Of a DNA stretch of 64,000 nt, positions 21,301 to 28,680 are shown one piece after another. The position numbers and the translations under genes were made by a program. The stretch covers positions 48,798 through 112,797 of the forward strand of contig JBBRLJ010000015.1 of NCBI GenBank assembly GCA_038231435.1, written 5' to 3'. Below the pieces are notes generated by a model, which worked only from the letters and a program-made list of their open reading frames with translations, was not told where the DNA came from and ran no database searches. The first letter of the stretch is position 1, and each line of letters begins with the position of its first letter. This DNA is from Planctomycetota bacterium (lineage in GTDB: Bacteria; Planctomycetota; UBA11346).

Positions 21301-21641
21301 CGCAGATCAAGCAGGAGGCCGGCGCGCTGGCACTGGAGATGCGCCAGCGCCACGTCTCGAGCGGCAATCTCGAGAGCGCGGTCCAGGCCATGCAGGGGAT
21401 CGAGGACGCCGCCAAGAAAGGCAACGGCGGAGCGATCCGCCAACGCTACAGCGAGGTCGTCGGCGCGCTCAAGGCGGCGCGCAAGGAAGCCGACGCGCCC
21501 GGTACGCTCCACCACGAGCGCATCGATCTCGGCCACCGCGAGCGCGACGCGCAGCTGCAGGGCGGAGCCGACCACGTGCCTACCGGCTACGAGGACATGG
21601 CCAGCCAGTACTTCAAGGCGCTCGCCGAGGAAGGCCAGTGA
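18354..21641 (+). CDS. Large membrane-anchored coiled-coil protein (DUF4175-like)
   Basis: Three N-terminal TMs, Ig-like segments (VTPPAYIG, D.PPVVEL, SDDHGLREV), a long Q/E/K helical region and the C-terminal motif VPTGYEDMASQYFKAL. Confidence 0.8.
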   Translation: MSAEPLVDQQVRRELRRVGSRMKWSRLAFGVCWWLAIVGMLCMALFLLDNLLHLPAALRLLATLAAIAVAAREFVRRIAVPALERMSPERAARTIESHTGRADNLLINACQFEGAALAEHEKSLVSSSLQGARLIVRAVPLSSLCGLKRLAAWAALAAVVGAGWVAYHAASPDKLSNAFQRFALPLGDVPPVGSVALTLEPGHDVVVAEGSDVVVSVLARSAATPPAPSLVWSESARAVAAEAPLGETVTLAADAEHGAGAYVARFAAVRRSFAFRVFCADSCTRSVRVTVAPQPRLTAASFTVTPPAYIGGKPAAMPGPPATLTVLAGSRVEFSATVAPQVESLAWRLGEAQGACRREGERWLVAATISEATPYEVVTGGSAGVKDPTGIVISRGAVQLQADAPPVVELAGADANQLLLPGAMLALRIQSSDDHGLREVGLAARDSSGGDPWHVKDWRYIGPPGPTTSDERFELTLDPARFLPGHSYVLEAQAGDWAPRGQLGRSKPVVLRIKALGDISAADPAESEAVNALKDAIAHQREAAGQTDNLIADLADALAHQRLPQHRDAIAAKQGQAQGDGRKARDEFAKHHDDAIARQLNSLVEGEMGLVLAQLAALDAVAAKAQDKLPAKLAAARDRQQFILSGLIALLGEAVSREQDRKKTKVAGKDDPDALPTNTRDAIKSDIDDLKDFLREQNRIVAKSRSLMDGKPLDLSDDKAEILGELAREEAKQAKFLEEKLTDFSKLPKQDFADSSLAQEFNEVWQEVSKADEALYKQAVELAVPHEQSGLELAKELENNLERWLSSHKDNMQWKMEEALQPADVPVSELPKELEDIVGELLDKEEEMQADVEDFSSAWMDNIDKGAGWDAGDGPISDMSAKGVTGNLLPNQNEVSGRSGEGRTGKSHGQMVEETASGKGGRETPSRLDPGPFEQGSVKDTAKDDQGGPTGGGKVSGYAAEGLRGPVPPPLQAQMARLAGAQAQIKQEAGALALEMRQRHVSSGNLESAVQAMQGIEDAAKKGNGGAIRQRYSEVVGALKAARKEADAPGTLHHERIDLGHRERDAQLQGGADHVPTGYEDMASQYFKALAEEGQ

Positions 21642-22417
21642 CCGTTCGTCGCTGGTCGTGGCCGTCTGACATGGCGTCGATGATGCTGTCGGTGCTGGCG
21701 CCGATGCTGATCGCGTCGGCGCTCATCGGCGCGGAACCGTCAGCGGTCCCGCCAAGCGACCATCCCGGTGACAAGGCCGCCGCCGAAGTCGCGAAGTCGA
21801 CTGCATCGAAATCTGGGGCGGACGCCACGGAGGCGGCGAAGACCGTCGGCGGCAACCTGCTTGCCAACGGCGACTTCTCCGCCGCGGATGCGAAGGATGC
21901 GACCCGCCCCGCGCATTGGGATCAGCCCGATGGTCTCGGCGTCCAGTGGCTCGCGGCTCCAGACGGCACGGGCAAGGCCATCCGCGTCGACACCGCGATT
22001 AGCGAGCAGGCGATGGTCGCGCAGTGGAAGAAAGTCGGCATCACGATGTGGGACATCCCCAAGGCGAGTGGCGGTGCAGTCGCCGAGACCTATGGCTTGT
22101 CGCTGTATTCGGAGTCCTTCCCCATCGAGGCCAAGGCCTCGTACCGCCTGAGCTATGACTTCCAAGGCAATGCGGGTGGCGTCAAGGTGTGGGTGCGTGG
22201 TTACGGGTTGATGAAGAACGAGAAACGCCGCCTCTACGAAGCGGTGATCAATGGTCTCGGCAGCGGCGCGGGCTGGCATACCGTGGTGCACGACTTCCAT
22301 CCCACCGAGCACACGCCGGCGGTCACTGAGATGAAGGTGATGCTCTTCGCGTACTACCCGGCTGCGGTCTACTGGTTCAGGAATGTGAAGATCGAGAAGC
22401 TCGCCGACAAGCTTTGA
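21638..22417 (+). CDS. Exported galactose-binding-like / CBM4-9-like domain protein
   Basis: Signal peptide. NLLANGDFS at the start and VYWFRNVKIE at the end, typical of CBM4/9-type jelly rolls. Start may be ATG 21671. Confidence 0.65.
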   Translation: MTVRRWSWPSDMASMMLSVLAPMLIASALIGAEPSAVPPSDHPGDKAAAEVAKSTASKSGADATEAAKTVGGNLLANGDFSAADAKDATRPAHWDQPDGLGVQWLAAPDGTGKAIRVDTAISEQAMVAQWKKVGITMWDIPKASGGAVAETYGLSLYSESFPIEAKASYRLSYDFQGNAGGVKVWVRGYGLMKNEKRRLYEAVINGLGSGAGWHTVVHDFHPTEHTPAVTEMKVMLFAYYPAAVYWFRNVKIEKLADKL

Positions 22418-22647
22418 ACAACAGCTGCGCGGCGGCGATTCCGGCGGATATCCAGATGTGATCTCGACGGAGAGTGCCCGAGGCATGGTCGGTAGACCAG
22501 GTCGATACCCCTGGAGGGGCGCACCGCCTCCCGCGCCACCGCGGATCCTTCGGCGAAAAGGCCCCATCTCCCGGTCCGGAGTGATGCGCCAGCCACGACT
22601 GCGATGAAAATCGCGGGCCTGGCTGCGTACGTGACGATGATCCCGCC

Positions 22648-23544
22648 ATGCCAGCAGCCGCCTCGCCGCTCCATGTCGCTCAGCTGGTCACCGCGCTCAA
22701 GCGCTGGGCCGCGGCCACGGTGCTCGCGTGCGTCGCCGGAAGCGCATGGGCCCATGGCGACCTCCATGAGCGCATCCTCGCACTGAGTGCTGAGATCGCC
22801 GCGCACCCCGACGACGCGCGGCTGTACCGCGCGCGCGCCGACCTCTATCGCGAGCACGGCGAGCCGGAACCCGCCCTCGTGGATCTCGACCGCGTCGCTG
22901 CGCTCGAGCCGGGATCCCCGCGGCTGCATCTCGCCTACGCCCTGGTTCGTGCCGATCAGGGCCGCTGGGTCGAGGCCAGGGCCGAGCTCGATCGCCAACT
23001 GCTCGCCACACCATGCGATGGCCAGGCCCTGACCCTGCGCGGAAACGCCGAAGAACGGCTCGGAGCCCACGGCGCCGCGATCGCGGACTTCACCGCGGCG
23101 ATCGCCCAGGCGATCGCCGACAACGATGTCGACCCAGAATTGTACTGCGCGCGCGCCCGCGCCTCGGCCGCGCTGGGCGACGAGCACCTCGCCGAGGCGA
23201 TCCGCGGGCTCGACGACGGCTGCGAACGCCTCGGATCGCCGATCGCCCTCATGCTGCTCGCCGTCGATCTCGAAACGCGCTCGGGAGCTATCGACGCCGC
23301 GCTCGAGCGGCTCGATCGCATCGTCGCCGCGAGCCAGGCCAAGGATCGCTGGCTGGCGCGCCGCGGCGATCTGCTCGCGGCCGCCGGCCGCGCCGGCGAG
23401 GCGCGTTCGGCCTACGCGGCGGCGCTCGCGGCCATCGCTGGACTTCCCGAGGATCGCCGTGGCAACCCGGAGACCCAGGCGCTGGCGCAGCGACTCGATC
23501 GTTCGATCTCCGCGCTCGCACTCGGCGGCGGAGATCATCCATGA
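22648..23544 (+). CDS. Exported TPR protein
   Basis: Signal peptide ending AWA-HGDLHERI. TPR-like repeats (LYRARADLY...ALVDLDRV, RGNAEERLG...AIADFTAAI). Confidence 0.85.
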   Translation: MPAAASPLHVAQLVTALKRWAAATVLACVAGSAWAHGDLHERILALSAEIAAHPDDARLYRARADLYREHGEPEPALVDLDRVAALEPGSPRLHLAYALVRADQGRWVEARAELDRQLLATPCDGQALTLRGNAEERLGAHGAAIADFTAAIAQAIADNDVDPELYCARARASAALGDEHLAEAIRGLDDGCERLGSPIALMLLAVDLETRSGAIDAALERLDRIVAASQAKDRWLARRGDLLAAAGRAGEARSAYAAALAAIAGLPEDRRGNPETQALAQRLDRSISALALGGGDHP

Positions 23545-24863
23545 GGGGCTTCCGCTACGGACTGCGCATGCTGGCGCTGGCCATCCTGATTCCGAGCGCC
23601 GCGGCCGAGACGGTGACGCGCGGGCCCTACTTGCAGATGGGCACCTCGACCGCGATGACCGTGCGCTGGCGCACCGACATGCCGAGCGCCAGCCGGGTCA
23701 CCTTCGGCACCGATATCGGCACTCTCGCTGGCAGCTCGGTGGTCGAGGTGCCGACCACCGAGCACGTGGTGCGGATCAGCGGACTGAAGCCTGACTCCCA
23801 ATACTTCTACACCATCGGCAACTCCACGACGGCGCTCGCGGGAGCGGGAGATCCAGGTTACTCGTTCGTGACCGCGCCGCCGGTCGGAACGCCGAGCCGC
23901 ACGCGTATCTGGGTGATCGGCGACTTCGGCACCGGCGGCGCCGGACAAGCGGGGGTGCGCAACGCCTATGCCGCGCTGACCGCTACCGCCTACACCGACG
24001 CGATCCTGATGCTCGGCGACAACGCTTACGACTCCGGACAGGACCAGGAATACCAGGACCACGTGTTCGCCATGTATCCGGCGCTGCTGCGCCGCAGCGT
24101 GGCGTGGCCTACGATCGGCAACCACGACACCGGCCAGGCCGTCGATCCGCCGCCGACGATCCCATACTTCCGCCAGTTCACCCTGCCTGCGCGCGGCGAG
24201 TCGGGCGGCATGGCCTCGGGTACGCCGAAGTACTACGCCTTCGACCGCGCCAACATCCACGTCGTCTGCCTCGACTCGATGACCAGCGATCGCAGCGCGA
24301 AGGGCGCGATGGGGACGTGGCTGGCGGCAGACTTGGCCTCGACCACCCAGACCTGGATCATCGCCTTCTGGCACCATCCGGCCTACAGCAAGGGCACCCA
24401 CGATTCGGACACCGAGATGCCGCTGAAGGAGATGCGCGAGAACATGCTGCCCATCCTCGAGGCCGCGGGCGTCGATCTGGTGCTCTCGGGGCACAGCCAC
24501 GACTACGAACGTTCGTACCTGCTCGACGGCCATTACGGTCTTTCGAGAACCCTGGTCGAGGCGATGAAGGTGGGACCCGGCGACGGGCGGCCGCAGGGCA
24601 CGGGCGCGTACATCAAGACCCCGGGGGCGCATCATGGCGCCGTCTACAGCACCGTCGGCTGCTCGGGCGCGATCGGCGGCGGCAGGCTCGACCATCCCGC
24701 GATGGTGATCTCGCTCGGCCATGTCTATGGATCGATGGTGCTCGAGATCGAGGGCCAGACCCTGGTGGGCACGTTCCTGAACGATCAGGGCGCGATGCCC
24801 GACACCTTCTCCATCGTGAAGCAGGCCGCCGTGGCGGCCCCGGGCGCGGGATCGGCACCGTGA
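23541..24863 (+). CDS. Purple acid phosphatase-type metallophosphoesterase with N-terminal FN3-like domain
   Basis: RGPYLQ...HVVRISGLKPDSQYFY N-domain. Metal motifs GDFG, GDNAY, GNHD, WHHP and GHSH. ATGA overlap. Confidence 0.92.
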   Translation: MRGFRYGLRMLALAILIPSAAAETVTRGPYLQMGTSTAMTVRWRTDMPSASRVTFGTDIGTLAGSSVVEVPTTEHVVRISGLKPDSQYFYTIGNSTTALAGAGDPGYSFVTAPPVGTPSRTRIWVIGDFGTGGAGQAGVRNAYAALTATAYTDAILMLGDNAYDSGQDQEYQDHVFAMYPALLRRSVAWPTIGNHDTGQAVDPPPTIPYFRQFTLPARGESGGMASGTPKYYAFDRANIHVVCLDSMTSDRSAKGAMGTWLAADLASTTQTWIIAFWHHPAYSKGTHDSDTEMPLKEMRENMLPILEAAGVDLVLSGHSHDYERSYLLDGHYGLSRTLVEAMKVGPGDGRPQGTGAYIKTPGAHHGAVYSTVGCSGAIGGGRLDHPAMVISLGHVYGSMVLEIEGQTLVGTFLNDQGAMPDTFSIVKQAAVAAPGAGSAP

Positions 24864-26065
24864 GGGTTGGCACCGTGTGGATGGTGGCGGCGTCGATCGC
24901 CGTGCTCATGGGCATGCCGCTCGCTGCACGCGCCTGCGAGTGGTGCCATGACATGCACGACCGCGCGCCGCTCGCTGGGACCATGCCGGGGCAGGAGCAG
25001 GGCGGTACGTTCCAGGGGCAGCTCCCGGATCCGGCGCTCACTCGGCGCTATTTCGTGGCCGCGGAGCCGGTGGACTGGTCCTACGCGCCGAGCGGGCGCG
25101 ACGCGGCTTTCGATGTGCCAGTGCCGGCCGAGCACCGCGGACCCGCGTTCCACAAGTACCGCTACACGCAGTATAGTGACGCCGCGTTCACCACGCCGGT
25201 GGCGCAGCCGGCTTGGCAGGGGTTGTGTGGACCGACGCTGCACGTGGTGGTCGGCGAGTACCTCAGCGTCACTTTCATCAACCGCACCGACCAAGCGCTG
25301 TCGATGCATCCGCATGGCCTGACCTACGACAAGGACAGCGAAGGCGCGTTCTACTTCCCGGATCCCGGCAAGGGCGCATGGGTCTCTCCTGGCGGCCGCT
25401 TCACGTACATCTGGCGCGCCGATGCCAGCGCCGGACCCGCTCCGGGCGAACCGAGCTCGAAGGCGTGGCTCTATCACAGCCACGTACGCGCTGACCGCGA
25501 GATCAACCTCGGCCTGGTCGGCAGCATCGTCGTCACCGATCCGGCTCGCGCGCGTCTGGACGCGACTCCGAGCGACATCGACCGCGAGGTGCCGTTGGTG
25601 TTCCAGGTGTTCGACGAGAATCCCGACCTCGCGCCCGGCGCCGATCTCGACGACGAGCCCGCCGACCTGAAGCAGCGCCGCGAGGCGTTCGATCGGCTGA
25701 CCGTGCGCCAGCAGCACGAGGTGCTCGAGGCGGGCACCAAGCACGCGATCAATGGGCGTATCTTCGCGAACCTCGATGGCCTGGTGTTCGCTAGAGGCGC
25801 GCGCGTGCGCTGGTACCTGTCCGCGCTCGGCTCCGAGAACGGCATGCACACGGCGCACTGGCACGGTCACACGGTGACGGTGGAGGGCAGGCGCGCCGAT
25901 GTGGTCGAGCTGCTGCCGGCGAGCATGCGGCTGGCCGACATGGAGGCGACCAATCCGGGAACCTGGCTGCTGCAATGCCACGTCGCCGACCACATGATGG
26001 CTGGGATGTATTGCCTCTACCGGGTCGAGGGCTTGGCGGCGAGCGGTGTCGTCACGTCGCCCTAG
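24860..26065 (+). CDS. Two-domain multicopper oxidase, ceruloplasmin/hephaestin-like
   Basis: GTG start overlapping the upstream TGA, with a signal peptide. Cu motifs HPHG, YHSH, HTAHWHGH and QCHVADHMMAGM. Confidence 0.88.
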   Translation: MRVGTVWMVAASIAVLMGMPLAARACEWCHDMHDRAPLAGTMPGQEQGGTFQGQLPDPALTRRYFVAAEPVDWSYAPSGRDAAFDVPVPAEHRGPAFHKYRYTQYSDAAFTTPVAQPAWQGLCGPTLHVVVGEYLSVTFINRTDQALSMHPHGLTYDKDSEGAFYFPDPGKGAWVSPGGRFTYIWRADASAGPAPGEPSSKAWLYHSHVRADREINLGLVGSIVVTDPARARLDATPSDIDREVPLVFQVFDENPDLAPGADLDDEPADLKQRREAFDRLTVRQQHEVLEAGTKHAINGRIFANLDGLVFARGARVRWYLSALGSENGMHTAHWHGHTVTVEGRRADVVELLPASMRLADMEATNPGTWLLQCHVADHMMAGMYCLYRVEGLAASGVVTSP

Positions 26066-26190
26066 CGGCTGTGCAGAATGAAACACGCCCATCGCCCGCG
26101 CCATCCCGCGAGTCGTATGATGTCTCGGCTGCTCCGCTGAATCGTCATCGCCACTGGCGGGCGCAGCTCGCCAGGTAGGATCACTGATCG

Positions 26191-27498
26191 ATGGTCGACC
26201 TGCTGCCGGCGTTCCAGTCCTACTTCGGTGCCCGTCCTGGCGGCGTGGACCTGCGCTCGTCGCTGGCGCGGCTACCACTCGAGCGGCTCGGCGATTTCGC
26301 CGCAGAGCTGGCGGCGCGGCGTGCCACGCCCGCATCCGGGCGGGTGTTCTTCATGGGCAACGGCGGTTCCTACGACAACGCCCGCCTGATGGCTCAGCTG
26401 TGCCGCGCGCGTGGCATCGACGCCAAGGTCCCCGGCTATGCCGATGATTACCTGGCGGTGGCACAGGCGGAGGGCTACGCGGCGATCTACCGGCGTGGCC
26501 TCGAGCAGGACGGCCTGCGCGCTGGCGACCTGGTGGTGGGCATCTCCGGTTCCGGCAACTCCGAGAACATCCTCGCGGCGCTCGGCCTCGCGCGCGAGCG
26601 CGGCGCTACCGCGTGGTGCATGGGCGGACGCGATGGCGGACGCATGCGCCCGCTGTGTGGCGACGAGCATGCGCTGATCGGCGCCAACGACTGCATGGAG
26701 GCGATCGAGGACCTGCACATGGCGATGCTGATCATCGCCCTATCCGCCGGGTCGGGTGGCGGCCTCGGCGGTTGCACGGCCGCGCACGCCGACCTCCTTG
26801 GCCGGCTGGATGCGTTCATGGCGCCGGCGAACCTGCGCGCGCTCGCCGAGATCGGCGCGGGCATGCTGGACACCATCCGCAGGCGCGGTCACACCTTCGT
26901 GCTCGGGACCGGCATCGGCGCCAATCACTTCCGCGCCGACATGGGCCGCGGCGCCACCAACACCCTGCCGATCCGCGGGCTGTCCACACCCGAGCTGTTC
27001 ACCATGAACTCGGCACAGGCCACCGCCAACGACGACGGACTCGATTTCGTGCTCGCCGACGGCTTGGTGAAGCTCGATCCGGGGCCCGACGATTTCGCCA
27101 TCCTCTGCGACCTGCCTGGGGCGCGGGCCGCGATCGAGCATTGCCGCGACGTGCTGCGCGTCTCGGGTACGCCGCACCGCAGCGTCGGCGCCAGCGGCGT
27201 GGTGCTCGACGCCTTCGGCCCGGCTGGCGCGGACTTCGCGCTGTCGATGCTCGGGCACGCCTGCGGCGAGGTACTGCGCGGCACGCTGGTCGGCGAGTGG
27301 AAGGCGCGTGTGATCGAGCACCTGCCGGAGTTCCCGCGCGGCCAGAAGAAGCTCGGCATCGATGCCACCGATCGCCTCGAGGCCGAGCTGCGCGGCAGCG
27401 GGGTGATCGCGGCGGACGAGCTGCTGACGTTCTGCTACGGCCGGGTGTATGCGGTGAGAACGCCGACGGGGCATGCACAGGCGCGCTGTTACTTTTAG
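26191..27498 (+). CDS. Tandem SIS-domain protein, GmhA/phosphoheptose-isomerase-like
   Basis: Domain 1 has FFMGNGGS, GISGSGNSENI, GGRDGG and IEDLH. Domain 2 has ANHFRAD, ATANDDG and MLGH. Confidence 0.8.
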   Translation: MVDLLPAFQSYFGARPGGVDLRSSLARLPLERLGDFAAELAARRATPASGRVFFMGNGGSYDNARLMAQLCRARGIDAKVPGYADDYLAVAQAEGYAAIYRRGLEQDGLRAGDLVVGISGSGNSENILAALGLARERGATAWCMGGRDGGRMRPLCGDEHALIGANDCMEAIEDLHMAMLIIALSAGSGGGLGGCTAAHADLLGRLDAFMAPANLRALAEIGAGMLDTIRRRGHTFVLGTGIGANHFRADMGRGATNTLPIRGLSTPELFTMNSAQATANDDGLDFVLADGLVKLDPGPDDFAILCDLPGARAAIEHCRDVLRVSGTPHRSVGASGVVLDAFGPAGADFALSMLGHACGEVLRGTLVGEWKARVIEHLPEFPRGQKKLGIDATDRLEAELRGSGVIAADELLTFCYGRVYAVRTPTGHAQARCYF

Positions 27499-27558
27499 TT
27501 GGGGGGCTTTCAGTTGGGGGACTACGGCCCCCCAACATCGCGCTCCGCGCTGCCCCCC
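27498..27558. repeat. REP-like GC-rich hairpin element
   Basis: GTTGGGGGGC (27498-27507) is the exact reverse complement of GCCCCCCAAC (27527-27536). A second GTTGGGGG lies at 27513. The tail gcgctccgcgctgcccc resembles that of the 41056 element. Confidence 0.55.
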
Positions 27559-27696
27559 GGGAGGCGGGGAGCGGGATGGGATGGGAGCGGCGCGGGGCGC
27601 TGGCTCTAGCGGGCATGGAATCGGTCGGGGCTGGACGTCGGTTGGTTCTGATCAGGATTCGACGCTGGTCGGATGGCACCAACAGGGGAGTCTTGC

Positions 27697-28635
27697 GTGG
27701 GCGATCTGTATCTCGGCATCGACATCGGGGGGACGAAGTGCGCGGTGTGCTATGGGGACGAGACGGGGAAGGCGATCGACAAAAGATCGTTTCCCACCTT
27801 GGAGCCGAAGGGGCCGGGGCAGGCGGTCGAGAACCTGCTGGGTGCGGCGGATGAGCTGGTGGCGAAGCATGGGCGACCGCGGGCGATCGGGATCTCGTGT
27901 GGGTCGCCGCTCGATCCCGAGCTCGGGCTGATCCAGTCGCCGGCGAATTTGCCATCGTGGCGCGATGTGCCGATCGTGAAGATCTTCGCCGACCGCTTCG
28001 GGGTTCCGGTGTTCCTCGACAACGACGCCAACGCCGGCGCGCTCGCCGAATTCTGGTTCGGCGCCGGGCGGGGCTGCCGCAACATGGTGTTCATGACCTT
28101 CGGTACTGGCCTGGGCGCCGGGCTGATCCTCGACGGACGCATCTATCGCGGCACCAACACCTACGCCGGCGAGCTCGGGCACATGCGCCTGATGCCGTAT
28201 GGGCCGGTCGGCTGCCGGAAGCCCGGCAGCTTCGAGGGTTTCTGCTCGGGTGGCGGCATCGCCCAGCTCGCGCGTGCCGAGCGCCAGTGCTGGGATGGGC
28301 CGACGGTGCTGCCCGAGAGTCCGACCGCGCGCGAGGTGGGCGAGGGCGCGGCGGCCGGCGATGCGCTCAGTCTGCATATCCTCGAGCTGTGCGGGCACTA
28401 CCTGGGCCTGGGCCTCGCGTACGTGCTCGACCTGCTGAATCCGCAGCGCATCGTCCTCGGCTCGATCTTCGCGCGCTGCGAACGCTTCCTGCGCCCGGCG
28501 ATGGAGAAGTCGCTCAGGGCCGAGGCCTTGGAGCAGACCTACCGCGTGTGCACGGTGGTACCGGCGCAGCTCGGCGAATCGATCGGCGACGTCGCCGCGC
28601 TGGCGATCGCCTTCGATGCGATGCAACACCGCTGA
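27697..28635 (+). CDS. ROK family sugar kinase
   Basis: GIDIGGTK, DNDANAGALAE, TFGTGLGAGL and GELGH. GTG start preceded by GGGGAG. Confidence 0.92.
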   Translation: MGDLYLGIDIGGTKCAVCYGDETGKAIDKRSFPTLEPKGPGQAVENLLGAADELVAKHGRPRAIGISCGSPLDPELGLIQSPANLPSWRDVPIVKIFADRFGVPVFLDNDANAGALAEFWFGAGRGCRNMVFMTFGTGLGAGLILDGRIYRGTNTYAGELGHMRLMPYGPVGCRKPGSFEGFCSGGGIAQLARAERQCWDGPTVLPESPTAREVGEGAAAGDALSLHILELCGHYLGLGLAYVLDLLNPQRIVLGSIFARCERFLRPAMEKSLRAEALEQTYRVCTVVPAQLGESIGDVAALAIAFDAMQHR

Positions 28636-28680
28636 TTCGCGCAACGCTCCTGAAGCGCTGCTGACGGGACCGTCACGGAC

